DNA of 64,000 nucleotides from a virus. Positions 19,893 through 30,800 of the stretch are shown piece by piece. Every line of letters begins with the position of its first letter. Position 1 is the stretch's first letter. The stretch spans positions 1 through 64,000 of IMG/VR virus record IMGVR_UViG_3300008267_000019; one strand, given 5' to 3'. The notes under the pieces are model-generated. The model was not told where the DNA came from. It worked only from the letters and a program-made list of their open reading frames with translations, and did no database searches. The translations under genes were made by a program, and so were the position numbers.

Positions 19893-20702
19893 ATGGTACT
19901 AAAAAAAGGAGACAATAATGATACTGTTAAGAAGATTCAAGCAGTATTAGGTGTAGAACAAGTAGGTAACTTTGGACCAAAAACAGAAGCTGCTGTTATT
20001 GAGTTTCAAAAAAAACATGGTCTTACTCCAGATGGAGTTGTAGGACCTTCTACATTAGCTAAAATGGGTATTACATTAGATTCTGCACCAGCAGCTGCTA
20101 AACCAGCGGTTGCTTCTAAATATACAGCAGCTCAAGTAAAAACTGCAGTAGCATCTAAAAGCTACAAATGGTTTGAAGGTAAAGATTTAATGTTAAATAT
20201 TGTAGGAATACGTAATTCTTTTACAGGTCAAAAAGTAACTAATTTATTTGACGATCATTTAACTTTAACTTATACAGTTAACGGTGTAGAACATTTTCAT
20301 TGCTGGCCAGCTACTACAGATCCTGGAACTAAAGGTGTAATGCAGTATGGAAACAAAGCTGGTGTAGCTAGACTAGTAGAAGGACAGTACATCAACTCAC
20401 ACATCATGCGTTTACATGCAGGTAAGTATGAAGCACTAGGACAAAACAAACCAGTTAAAGTATTCCGTGATCCAAACAAAGATATGGTATATGATGAAAA
20501 GTCAATACAAGAAGGATTATTTGGAATCAATATTCACAAAGCTGGAGCAGATTCAACATTTGTAGAAAACTGGTCAGAAGGATGTCAGGTATTTAAGAAG
20601 TCTGCAGACTTTGAAGAGTTTATGGCAATATGTAGAAAAGCAAAAGCTATACACGAAAACAACTTTACATATACTTTAATCGAGTCAAACGACATTGTAT
20701 GA
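19893..20702 (+). CDS. Endolysin: N-terminal peptidoglycan-binding domain plus YkuD/L,D-peptidase-like catalytic domain
   Basis: PG_binding_1 motif FGPKTEAAVIEFQKKHGLTPDGVVGPST, A/P-rich linker, GINIH...WSEGCQV His/Cys motif. Confidence 0.82.
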   Translation: MVLKKGDNNDTVKKIQAVLGVEQVGNFGPKTEAAVIEFQKKHGLTPDGVVGPSTLAKMGITLDSAPAAAKPAVASKYTAAQVKTAVASKSYKWFEGKDLMLNIVGIRNSFTGQKVTNLFDDHLTLTYTVNGVEHFHCWPATTDPGTKGVMQYGNKAGVARLVEGQYINSHIMRLHAGKYEALGQNKPVKVFRDPNKDMVYDEKSIQEGLFGINIHKAGADSTFVENWSEGCQVFKKSADFEEFMAICRKAKAIHENNFTYTLIESNDIV

Positions 20703-20857
20703 AATTTAGAAATAACTGGAAATCTAAAAATAGACAATGGGATAAACTAATGATAAGAATTAGAATTAGTTCTCTAGATATATTTACTGCAGAGTTAGAT
20801 ATATCTAGAGAGTTCTATCTTATTACTATTTTAAATTTAACTTTTAAAAATAGATAA
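20699..20857 (+). CDS. Small hypothetical protein, 52 aa (not in ORF track)
   Basis: MKFRNNWKSKNRQWDKLMIRIRISSLDIFTAELDISREFYLITILNLTFKNR*; ATGA overlap with the endolysin stop. Confidence 0.65.
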   Translation: MKFRNNWKSKNRQWDKLMIRIRISSLDIFTAELDISREFYLITILNLTFKNR

Positions 20858-20859
20858 TC

Positions 20860-21000
20860 ATGGCTAAAATTAAAGAACAAGGATTGTCATTAAAAAGAGA
20901 TACTAAAGTATCTAGACCAGGCATCCATGCTAAGACTAAAACTTCTGTAAGTAAAAGCTCTAAAAATTATAGAAAAGCTTACAAAGGACAAGGAAGATAA
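20860..21000 (+). CDS. Small highly basic protein, 46 aa (not in ORF track)
   Basis: MAKIKEQGLSLKRDTKVSRPGIHAKTKTSVSKSSKNYRKAYKGQGR*; packed 2 nt after the previous stop. Confidence 0.7.
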   Translation: MAKIKEQGLSLKRDTKVSRPGIHAKTKTSVSKSSKNYRKAYKGQGR

Positions 21001-21015
21001 TTAATAAAATAATCT

Positions 21016-21023
21016 TATATTTG
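21016..21023 (+). promoter_or_regulatory. Bacteroidota-type -7 promoter element (TATATTTG)
   Basis: TAnnTTTG only 5 nt before the ATG at 21029, which would give a leaderless or near-leaderless transcript. Confidence 0.5.
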
Positions 21024-21028
21024 CTATT

Positions 21029-21739
21029 ATGCTATCACTAGACGACTTACATGCTCAATTAGATGAAACACTGGCAATTAACTCAGTAGAATCATCTTAC
21101 TCATATGAGTTCTATACAGATCTTATAAATGAGCAAAGATCTCTTTGGCTACGTAATGAGTATAATAAAAACCGCAGCATAGATCCTTATATCATACAAA
21201 ATCTAAATTGCGTAGAATTAGAACATGTAAATCCTATAGATTGCTGTATAGAAGTTCCAGGATTATGTCAAGTATTAAGAACAAAAAAGAAAATTCCTAA
21301 TACTATAGAGTTTAACTTTACAAAAGGAATAGTAGCTGTAGGCCCTGCAGAAATAACAAAACCAAGATATATTTTAATAGATTACTCTAGAGTTCCTTAC
21401 GCAGGTAACGGACGTACTACTAAAAATTCTATATATGCATTTTTATATGGAGGATATTTGTATATCATTAGTAAAAATCCTAATGTAAATCTTTTACAAT
21501 ATATTACAATTAGAGGTTTATTTGAAGACCCTACTAGTTTAGGAGAATTTATTAATTGTGAAACAGGAAATAGTTGTTGGAAACCTTCTGACCCTTATCC
21601 AATAAATCAATGGATGTGGGCATATATTAAACCAATAGTAATTCAATATTTAATGCAGAAAGGAATGTTCCAATACGATGATGCAAATGATGCACAAGAT
21701 AGCAGAATTAATCCTCCAAGTCAAGCAGGTACAGAATGA
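21029..21739 (+). CDS. Putative tail/neck ring protein
   Basis: 236 aa with IRGLFEDP...DPYPI motif recalled from crAss-like ring proteins; upstream of the IHF-like and tube genes. Confidence 0.6.
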   Translation: MLSLDDLHAQLDETLAINSVESSYSYEFYTDLINEQRSLWLRNEYNKNRSIDPYIIQNLNCVELEHVNPIDCCIEVPGLCQVLRTKKKIPNTIEFNFTKGIVAVGPAEITKPRYILIDYSRVPYAGNGRTTKNSIYAFLYGGYLYIISKNPNVNLLQYITIRGLFEDPTSLGEFINCETGNSCWKPSDPYPINQWMWAYIKPIVIQYLMQKGMFQYDDANDAQDSRINPPSQAGTE

Positions 21740-22278
21740 TAGAAAACTCTACATATCTTAAAAGGGGCGAAGGCAAATTAAAAGGAGCTATTAAAAAAAA
21801 TAGCTTTTATAATTATTATATAAAAAATGCTAAAGAAACTATAGTATCTAGAAGCGTATATAATAATTTTTTAAAAGAATTACTTCAAGCTTTTAGTACA
21901 AGTATTGTAGAAATAGGGTTAGAGTTAAAGATTAATAAAATAGGAAAAATTAGAATTAAAAGTAATAATTTAAATATATTAAATAAAGAAGGTAAAGTTA
22001 CTAAAGCTTTAAAAGTAAACTGGAAAGCTACTTGGGATTACTGGCAAAATAAATATCCAGGATTAACAAGACAAGAAATTACAGAATTGCCTGACAAAAG
22101 AGTTTTGTATCACGATAATGAGCATACTAATTACGAATTCTATTCTCATTATTGGGATAATTTAAGTATACCTTTAAAATTTAAAAGCTTTTATAGTTTT
22201 AAACCGTCTAGACAATATTCTAGATTAATTGCCAAAATAGTTAAAGACCCAAATAGAAAAACATTTTATTATGGATAA
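21736..22278 (+). CDS. IHF/HU-like DNA-binding protein (crAss-type)
   Basis: Basic; helix followed by LKINKIGKIRIK, VNWKAT and FKPSR motifs; conserved position before the tail tube gene. Confidence 0.65.
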   Translation: MIENSTYLKRGEGKLKGAIKKNSFYNYYIKNAKETIVSRSVYNNFLKELLQAFSTSIVEIGLELKINKIGKIRIKSNNLNILNKEGKVTKALKVNWKATWDYWQNKYPGLTRQEITELPDKRVLYHDNEHTNYEFYSHYWDNLSIPLKFKSFYSFKPSRQYSRLIAKIVKDPNRKTFYYG

Positions 22279-22564
22279 GTTAATGATGGCCGAAATGGCC
22301 GAAATGAAAAACCCAATCATGAACAACAAAGAGGTTGAATCAGAATGTAAAACTGTTAGAAAAGAATTTGCTGACGGAAGTTCTGAAGAAGTTCGTGTAG
22401 AAAAAGTTGATGGGGGATATATCAAAACTGTATGTAAAAAATACAAAGATAAAGAAGGCTGTTGGCAATGGGATGAAGAAAAATCTGTTCACACAGAAGA
22501 TCCTTTAGAAGATAAAACAAGTATAGTAGATAGACTGGCAGCAGTCATGAAAGGCTTAGAATAA
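22271..22564 (+). CDS. Hypothetical protein
   Basis: 97 aa, overlaps both neighbours. Confidence 0.6.
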   Translation: MDKLMMAEMAEMKNPIMNNKEVESECKTVRKEFADGSSEEVRVEKVDGGYIKTVCKKYKDKEGCWQWDEEKSVHTEDPLEDKTSIVDRLAAVMKGLE

Positions 22565-23397
22565 TGCACGCAGGAAAAACAGTTTCATATAAAGCAATCC
22601 TTGATAAAACTATCAGGGATTTTGGCTTTAATTATGATATAATCGAAGAAGAAGGTATTGAATGGTTAGCAGAGTTCATGGCTCACACCAATGTAGGCGT
22701 GACTATGGAGGAAAAAATTGCATATATGGAAATATGTGATGCTCGCGGAGATCTTCCTTTTGATTTATATAAAATTGGCCAAGCAGCACATATTGAAGGA
22801 GTAGAAACTATTGAAGAAGCTATGTGTGGTAAAGGACGTATGTTTCCAATGAGATGGAAAACAGATTACTTCCACAAACGCTACCATAGAGACGATAGAG
22901 ATTATACAACAGAATCTAGAGAAACTTATACTGTAGGTCAAGGATATATTTTCCCAAGTTTTAATAGAGGCATTGTAGCAATGAGTTACACTGCTATACC
23001 AACAGACGATTGCGGATACCCTACTATTCCTGCAGAGCAAGAATGGTTAGAAGCAGGGGCTCATTATATTGCATATAAAATTGCTAGAAAACTGTGGTTA
23101 AGAAATGAATTAGCTTCAGATAAGTTTCAAATTATAGAACGAGATAGAGATTGGTATTTTGCACAAGCAGTAAATCATGCTAAACAATGGAATGGTGTTG
23201 ATGAAGCAGAAACAGTTAAAAACTCTGTACTTAGAACTATTCCTGATGTACAAGCGCATGCAAGCTTCTTTGCTAATATGCAATTACCTGAACAACGTAA
23301 ATTTAGACCTAAAGCAGGTGTAGGTTTAGTATCAACAATTAATGTATTAACTCACGGACAAAATCCAGCAACTGTAGTACCATCTAACACTCCATAA
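22564..23397 (+). CDS. Tail tubular / ring protein (P22 gp4-like position)
   Basis: 277 aa, G.V.MSY.AIPTDDCGYP.IP motif, directly upstream of the stabiliser. Confidence 0.7.
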   Translation: MHAGKTVSYKAILDKTIRDFGFNYDIIEEEGIEWLAEFMAHTNVGVTMEEKIAYMEICDARGDLPFDLYKIGQAAHIEGVETIEEAMCGKGRMFPMRWKTDYFHKRYHRDDRDYTTESRETYTVGQGYIFPSFNRGIVAMSYTAIPTDDCGYPTIPAEQEWLEAGAHYIAYKIARKLWLRNELASDKFQIIERDRDWYFAQAVNHAKQWNGVDEAETVKNSVLRTIPDVQAHASFFANMQLPEQRKFRPKAGVGLVSTINVLTHGQNPATVVPSNTP

Positions 23398-26300
23398 TGG
23401 AATCTCAAATAAATACATATCAGGGAATGAATAAAGATACTGCTTACGATACTATCGAAGCATCTCTTTATATTGACGCAAAAGATATTAGAATAACAAC
23501 CACCAACGGAGAATCTATTGGTGGTTTTACTAATATTAAAGGAACAGAGTTTTCTTTTGCAATACCTTTAAGAGGCACATTTCCTAGTAACCCTGTACAA
23601 GTTTGGGTAGCAGACAATCCTGCAGTTATAGGATATACTACTATTAGAAATAAAATAATTTTATTTGTTGCTGATGATAGCAATGAAAAAGGTTGGATAT
23701 ATGAAGTACAATATGATCCTGCAACTAGGCAAGTACTATCAGGATTTCCATTATTAAAATATTATAATTCTCTTTTATATTTTAAAAAAGAATGGCCTAT
23801 AGAAGCACTTGGTCGCTATGAATCGGATACTATACAAAGAGTTTATTGGACAGATTATAATAATTATTTTAGAGCAATAAATTTAGAAGAAGCAGATTTA
23901 GCTAATCTTCCTGTAGGACAAATAGATATTTTTCCAGATGTAACTTACACACAACCTTTATTAAAAACAATTTCAGGAGGAGGAGCTTTACTATCAGGGG
24001 AATATCAAATAAGTTACAGATTAATTACAGTAGATGGCAAACAAACTTTAATAGCTCCTCCAAGTAATTTAATACATATAACATCTCCTTCAGAAACATT
24101 AATACAATCAGCGCAATATACGGGAGATCTTGCTGCAGTCAATACAGGCAAAGCAATTAGTATAGAAGTTGACACAAGTAATTATGGAAATTTTGATAAA
24201 ATAGAATTTATTGCAGTATATCATTCTGCACAAAATTCTGTCCCTGTAGTTACTAGTATAGAACAGATGGGAATAGGTTCCGCTACTACAGTTACTTTTG
24301 TTTATACAGGAACTGAAGGAACGGCTATACCTGTAGAGTTATTTACTTTTACTACTAAAAATTACGCATTCAAAACTCCTAAAACTATTACTCAAAAAGA
24401 TAGTTCTTTAGTAATAGCTAATATAAAAGGCTCTAATATTTCTGTACAAGATTTACTTACAACAGGAAGTTTTGATGCAAAAACTAGAAGATATAGAAAC
24501 AATGGCGTAGACCCCATTGCTCCTCCATTTCCTCCAGGACCAGGTAATGATTTACTAAATGCATTTAACGAAGAGTATAATAAAGATGCACATTGGAGTA
24601 GAGATTGGAATATAAATTCTCAATATAGATATCAATCTGATGGAGCAAGACTAGGTGGCGAAGGACCTAATATTTCATATACGTTTCATTTAGAAACTTA
24701 CACAATGGATGGTAGTGCTACACCAGGTTTTGCCAATGTAGCTAATATACCAGATTTTGTATATACTCACGATTTAAATGACGGTTATGGAACCTACGCT
24801 AACACTACTTTTCCTAATCATGCTTCTCCATTTATATCAGGATTATTAAGAGGATACAAACGCGGTGAAACATATCGTTTTGGAATTGTGTTTTATACTA
24901 TTAAAGGGGAAACTACTTTTGTTGAATATATAGGTGATATTAAATTTCCAGATATTTCTGAGGAAGATTCTGTAAATAATTCTTCTACTACTAAATTTTG
25001 GCCTTTATCTCAAACAGGTACTCCTTCTACAGTAACCCTAGGTTATTCTATGGGTATACAATTTAGTATAGATTTAAGTTCTTGTCCAGAGTTGTTAAAC
25101 CAAATTACAGGTTATCAAATAGTAAGAGTAGAAAGAACAGAAGCTGATAAACGACGATTAACTCAAGGTATTTATAAAGGATTTTATTTTAATAGAGTAT
25201 TAGCTCCAAACCGTTCATTTAATTTTGATTTACAAATAGAAAATCAAGAAGAAGTTTTACACCTTTACCCTTACTACCCAGATACTTTAGAAGACAATGG
25301 ATGTTTTTCAACTTTAGGGGGAACAGGTTATATTCCGCAATATTTGCAATATATTATAAAAGGAGAATATTTAGGATTTTATAGCCCAGAAATTTCTTAT
25401 GATTATAATAATGTTAGAGATATAGCAAGAAACTTAGGAAGTAATCCTTGTTTACTTTTAACAGGAGCATATGGAGTTAAAGATAAAAATTCTCCTAGCC
25501 CAATTGATTTAAACTCTATAGATTTAGGAATAAAAGATTATGATTATAGAGTCACTTTAAGATCTACATTACCTGTAACATTTAATAGTATTAACAATAT
25601 TAAAAAATGGAAATTTATTAATCTATTTACAATGGAAGATACTAGTGACTACAAAACAAAAGTCACTGGAGATTTAGATGGATATTACATGCGTAATTAT
25701 TGGTGTTTAGATAATTGGTATTATAAAGGACTTCCTGGCCCAGGTATAGATCCTAATGATCCTTCTAATGGAGTAAACTACGCTAGTACTTCTTATGATC
25801 TTGCAGAATTTTATAAAGCAGGTACAAGTTTAGTAGGAAAAATAGATTTAATACAAAATGATCTTTTAACGGGAGCTCCTTTGCCTTTAAATTCTATAGC
25901 ATTAACTTCTTATTTTTGGACTCCATTTAATGGTAATGATCCTAACGGAAATCCTAAAATATTAATTAGAAATATAAGCACAGGAGCAAGTATAAACGCT
26001 ACTGATACTAATACTTATAACAATGCTTACCCTATACTAGATTTTTTAATTCCCAAAAAAGAAGTTTATGGAGGATCTTCTCAAGATGCTCTAGAAGCTA
26101 ATATATTTATTCCTGCGTCTCCATTTATAAGTTCAAGTAATTTAGTTGGATTAACAGATACATTTATTGTATTTGGTGGAGATATATTTATTAATATGTT
26201 TACTCTTCAACCTGGTATGACAGAATTTAATGAAGAGTTTTATCAAAATAATATTGCATTTAATAATCTTAGATATATACAAAATAATAGTGTTACCGAA

Positions 26301-27806
26301 GTTTATCCTGTTGAGACTAGTATAAACATAGATTTAGCAGCAGGTTCTACAATTAAAACAGAAGTTAAATATGATTACAACGGCAATGAATATACATTAT
26401 TTAGACAAGAATTAAATAATAGTTTTATAGGATATGCACAGAGTAATACAATGTATAGTTACAACACAGTATATTCTAGAGAAAGTAAAGATGTTACATT
26501 TTTTATAGAACCTGCAGGAAGTAACGGCAGTTCTAATTTAAATGATATTAGAGCATATTTATCTAATGTAAAAATTAACGGAGAAACTATAGATTCCTGG
26601 ACAAAGTTTGGATCAAATAATTATTATGATGTTGATGATTATGGACCTATAAATAAAATATTAAACTATAAAGATTCCGTATTTTTTATTCAAGATAAAG
26701 CTGTAGGTATTTATGCCATAAACAGAGCCGCTATTACTACTACTGCTGACGGAGTTCCTACACAATTAGGTCTTGGTCAAGGATTTGGGAAACATCAATA
26801 TTATTCTAAAGAAAATGGTAGTATACATCAATATGGAGTAAAAGTTGCCCCAGAAGGAGTTTACTTTTTAGATGCAATTCATAGAAAAATATTTTTACTT
26901 CAAAGCTCTGGAACTCAAAGTCAAAATGATCCTATATCAGAACTTAAAGGAATGCATAGTTATATACAAGCATTACCTAATGGAGTATTCTTACGCAAAG
27001 AAGATGGAGGAGATAATCCTATTTTAAAACGCGGAATTACTATAGGAAAAGATAAAATAAATGATGAAATTTTATTTACTTTTTTAGGAACAGGAGACTT
27101 TGTAGTATTAGGTCCTAATACAACTTATACTGTAGGCACAATTGTATATGAGCCTGCTAGTGGATTATATTATATAGTAACTTCAGAATTTACATCAGGA
27201 GAAACTAAACTACAGGCTATAAGAGATTTATTAGAAAACTCTCAAGTAGCAACAGAAAAAGATAATTTTAGAGATGCAACTCTTGTATTTGACGTTTTAA
27301 TGAATTCTTTTTCTTCTACGTATTCAGCAAAGCCAACTATTTATATAGAAAACGGAGATATAATTCAGAGTCCTGATCCAAATAATAACAATCTTATATA
27401 TACTCATAATATAGGAACTTATGGAGAATTTTATGGTAATGTAGAAGAATGTTATTTAACTCTTGTAATTAATCCTCAAGCAGATATAAATAAAATTCTT
27501 AGAACTTTAGAATTTAATTCTATAGTAAGAGATGATAATAAAGTAATAGATAGAACAGAAACTATTACTGCATTTCAAATTACTACTGAATATCAAGATA
27601 CAGGTAAAGTGCCTTATAGCTCTGGAAGAATTAAAAGAAAGTTTGATAAATGGCGTGTAAAAATTCCTAGAAATCAATTAAGTATTTCACAACAAGATCG
27701 TTTGAGAAGTACTCATTTTGTTTTAACTTTATATTTTGATAATTTAAATCAAAAACAAATTATAGTAAATAGATTAATTTCTTATGTAGACTATCAAATG
27801 TTCTAA
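23397..27806 (+). CDS. Tail stabilisation / muzzle protein (P22 gp10-like)
   Basis: 1469 aa; N-terminal GMNKD...AKDIRI, RVYWTD, GYKRGETYRFGIVF, FGGDIFI and YGPINKI motifs; C-terminal RLRS. Confidence 0.82.
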   Translation: MESQINTYQGMNKDTAYDTIEASLYIDAKDIRITTTNGESIGGFTNIKGTEFSFAIPLRGTFPSNPVQVWVADNPAVIGYTTIRNKIILFVADDSNEKGWIYEVQYDPATRQVLSGFPLLKYYNSLLYFKKEWPIEALGRYESDTIQRVYWTDYNNYFRAINLEEADLANLPVGQIDIFPDVTYTQPLLKTISGGGALLSGEYQISYRLITVDGKQTLIAPPSNLIHITSPSETLIQSAQYTGDLAAVNTGKAISIEVDTSNYGNFDKIEFIAVYHSAQNSVPVVTSIEQMGIGSATTVTFVYTGTEGTAIPVELFTFTTKNYAFKTPKTITQKDSSLVIANIKGSNISVQDLLTTGSFDAKTRRYRNNGVDPIAPPFPPGPGNDLLNAFNEEYNKDAHWSRDWNINSQYRYQSDGARLGGEGPNISYTFHLETYTMDGSATPGFANVANIPDFVYTHDLNDGYGTYANTTFPNHASPFISGLLRGYKRGETYRFGIVFYTIKGETTFVEYIGDIKFPDISEEDSVNNSSTTKFWPLSQTGTPSTVTLGYSMGIQFSIDLSSCPELLNQITGYQIVRVERTEADKRRLTQGIYKGFYFNRVLAPNRSFNFDLQIENQEEVLHLYPYYPDTLEDNGCFSTLGGTGYIPQYLQYIIKGEYLGFYSPEISYDYNNVRDIARNLGSNPCLLLTGAYGVKDKNSPSPIDLNSIDLGIKDYDYRVTLRSTLPVTFNSINNIKKWKFINLFTMEDTSDYKTKVTGDLDGYYMRNYWCLDNWYYKGLPGPGIDPNDPSNGVNYASTSYDLAEFYKAGTSLVGKIDLIQNDLLTGAPLPLNSIALTSYFWTPFNGNDPNGNPKILIRNISTGASINATDTNTYNNAYPILDFLIPKKEVYGGSSQDALEANIFIPASPFISSSNLVGLTDTFIVFGGDIFINMFTLQPGMTEFNEEFYQNNIAFNNLRYIQNNSVTEVYPVETSINIDLAAGSTIKTEVKYDYNGNEYTLFRQELNNSFIGYAQSNTMYSYNTVYSRESKDVTFFIEPAGSNGSSNLNDIRAYLSNVKINGETIDSWTKFGSNNYYDVDDYGPINKILNYKDSVFFIQDKAVGIYAINRAAITTTADGVPTQLGLGQGFGKHQYYSKENGSIHQYGVKVAPEGVYFLDAIHRKIFLLQSSGTQSQNDPISELKGMHSYIQALPNGVFLRKEDGGDNPILKRGITIGKDKINDEILFTFLGTGDFVVLGPNTTYTVGTIVYEPASGLYYIVTSEFTSGETKLQAIRDLLENSQVATEKDNFRDATLVFDVLMNSFSSTYSAKPTIYIENGDIIQSPDPNNNNLIYTHNIGTYGEFYGNVEECYLTLVINPQADINKILRTLEFNSIVRDDNKVIDRTETITAFQITTEYQDTGKVPYSSGRIKRKFDKWRVKIPRNQLSISQQDRLRSTHFVLTLYFDNLNQKQIIVNRLISYVDYQMF

Positions 27807-30800
27807 TGAAAAATAAACCTAAAAATATACCTACTTACTACAAGTTTCCTGGAACTCCAGTCTATAGAGATACTACAGCTTTACCTTTTAAAGCTGGTGG
27901 TAGTTTGTTTCCATCTTTATATGGAAATTCTTTTTTAGAAAATAATGATAAAGAAAAAAAGAAAAAAAGAAAAACAAAAGAAGATTTAAATGAATCATCT
28001 ACACAAGGTGATATAGTAGAAGCTATAGAAACAGAAACAGGACTTGATCCAAATCTTACATATTATAAAGGACCAACAAACTGGGGTGATAGATTATTTG
28101 CAAAAGATGCATCAGGTGCTTGGTATTCAATAGAAGCAGGTCAAGCATTACCTTTTTCTTATGATCCTGATTACTTAAATCAAAATACTACAAAAGCAAG
28201 TGATGAAGAAGCATTAGGAAGACTGCTTCAATCAAAAACACTTAATGAAGTAGCTGTAACTGGAGAAAAACTTTCTTGGCAAAAGTATCAAGATGAATAT
28301 GAAAAATCTAATCCTAGAGGAGAATATTTAGAAAAAAGAAAAAAGAATTATTTAAAATCACATCCTGGATTAAACAGAGCAATGGGAGTTACTATGAATA
28401 ATTTCCCAGAAGATGCTCTTGCAAGATTTAATGACAAGTATAATAAAGAAAGAAATACTTATGCACTTGAAAAATTTGTAGATAAAGATTTAGAAGAAGA
28501 TATAGACAAAAGAGGACGATGGATAGATGATGTAGAAAAAAGTCCAGGACTTTATAATATGGTTATTAACTCTAAATATGGATATAATTTAAAACCAAAT
28601 ATATTTTCAAGAACGCTTGCAGGCGCAGAAAAATTAGTAGACTGGATACCAGGAGTAGATCCTCTTTTAGATTGGGCTACAGGTAAAAATAGATATAATG
28701 ACATTCTTACTGAACAAGAACAAAAAGATGTAACAGGATGGGATGCTTTAGCATTTACAGAATATCCTGGTCAAGTTTTAGCTAATATGATAGCAGAAGG
28801 AATAGATCCTAATTCAAATGCTTCTTGGGAAACATTTTCAGGAAGTTCTTCTCCAATTGTTACAGCAAATCCTCAATTAGAAACAATGACCCAATTAGCA
28901 ACGGGAGCAATTGGTTTACCATTTAATGTAATGGGAATGGCTAATTTAGCTAAAAATGTAGGAAAAGGAGTTTCTAATGTAGCTAAAGCTAATTATTATG
29001 ATCTTTTTAAAAAAGGAAATAATTCTTTTAATGATATTAATTTTCAAAATTTTAAAACTGCCGAAAATACAGCAGGAGAATTAGCACAAGGAGTAAATAC
29101 AATAGATAATACAGGGGCAACTGCATCATTAAATACTGGACAAAATGCTACAGGAGCAAATAAAATATTAACAAATGAAGAAATTAAAAACATAATAGTA
29201 AACGAACAAGTACCTAGTCCAAAAACATTATTATCAACTGAAGGAGAAATACTTCCTGAGTCTGCTTCATGGCATACTATAATGGAAGATTTTAAAACAA
29301 AATTACGCGAAGTAGATCTTACAAAACCTTTAACAGATGAAGATTATATTAAAGCTGCTAATGCAATTAATCCTGAAATAAGTAAAGTAGCAAGTTTAGA
29401 TGAAATTAAAGCTGTACATCAAGAAGCTCTTGATTATTTTAAAGGAGAAAAAGATCCTGAAGATATAGCATTATATATAAGAGATGCATTAGCAGAAAAA
29501 TTACCATCAATAGGAGAAGCTCCTACTATGGTTGACGGGTATCCAACATATTCTGCAGGATTTTCAGTAAGTCGTTCTTTAGATCCTAATGCTGCTCAAT
29601 ATTATGGACCAAAAAGTGTTTTTGATAAAGCAAAGGACTGGGGATATGATTTAAATAATCTAACTCCTAAGCAACAAAATATGTTAGCTGCTTATACAAA
29701 AGGATATGATTTTCCTATAAATATTGGTAAAAGATTTGGATTTCAAGATATGGGTATTAGAGGAGATTTTTATCAAAAAAATGCTAATACATTACTTGAC
29801 GCTATTCTTGCTAATAAATTTCCTAATGACACCTCAGTAATAAGAAGTATAAAAACAAATTATCCGCTTACTTTATTAGATAAAAATAAATTATTAGAAA
29901 CAAAGGATATATCATTATCAGAAACACCAAGTACTAAATATAGAGGAAACCTTCAAAAAAGTGATGTAATAGGAGATAAAGGATTTTTATCTACTAGTTT
30001 AATTCCAGATTTAACATGGGGTAAAGCTAGATTAGGAGAAAGAATTATGATTCCAGGAGGAAATAAACAATCTTATGGTTTTCCTAATGCATCTTCAGCA
30101 AGTTCTTCTCCTTTTGAAGGAGAAATAGTGTTGCCATCTGGTTTAGGAAGAGAAGTTATTGACGTATTACCTGATAATCTAGCAAATGTTGTCGGTTATA
30201 AATATATAACAAAAATATTAAATCCATATTTAATGCCTGCAGCAATAGGAACAACTGCTACTGGAACTTTTTTTGGAAATAATAATAATAATTATGGAGC
30301 TTCTTTTGATACTCCTAATATGCAAGAATATTTGAATTCTTTAATGTGGGATTCTGGAAAATCTGTATTATTAAATTCAGGTTATTTTAAAGCATACGGA
30401 GGCCCATTAAATGATAGAAACATTAATGGCAAATTATTGCAAAGTACTTACGCTAGTCCTTTAGGAAACATGTTTAGAGAAGGAGGACCTTTTGGTGAAG
30501 ATAAAGGAACCTTTGATTATGCTACTAGTATTTATGCTTCTCAACCAGGTAATTATTATAATAATGGCGGGGAAATAAATCCAATGAATGCAATGATGAA
30601 AGCAAGACTTGCTTATGCAAATGAGTTTGGTAATCCTGCAGCAAAAAGAATGGTAAATTTACCTGATAATCCTTATATTTTTACAGGACAAGAGCCTTAT
30701 ACAACTCCAGATATGGCAGGTGCATTAGGAACACATTATATGTTTTCTCAAGATAATTATGCTATTCCCACAATACAACAAGGAGAAAATGGACAATTAT

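Noticed and set aside
22286-22306. ATGGCCGAA tandem duplication (MAEMAEM)
   Set aside because: Only 2.3 copies of an in-frame 9-mer; most likely a slippage duplication with no evidence of function.
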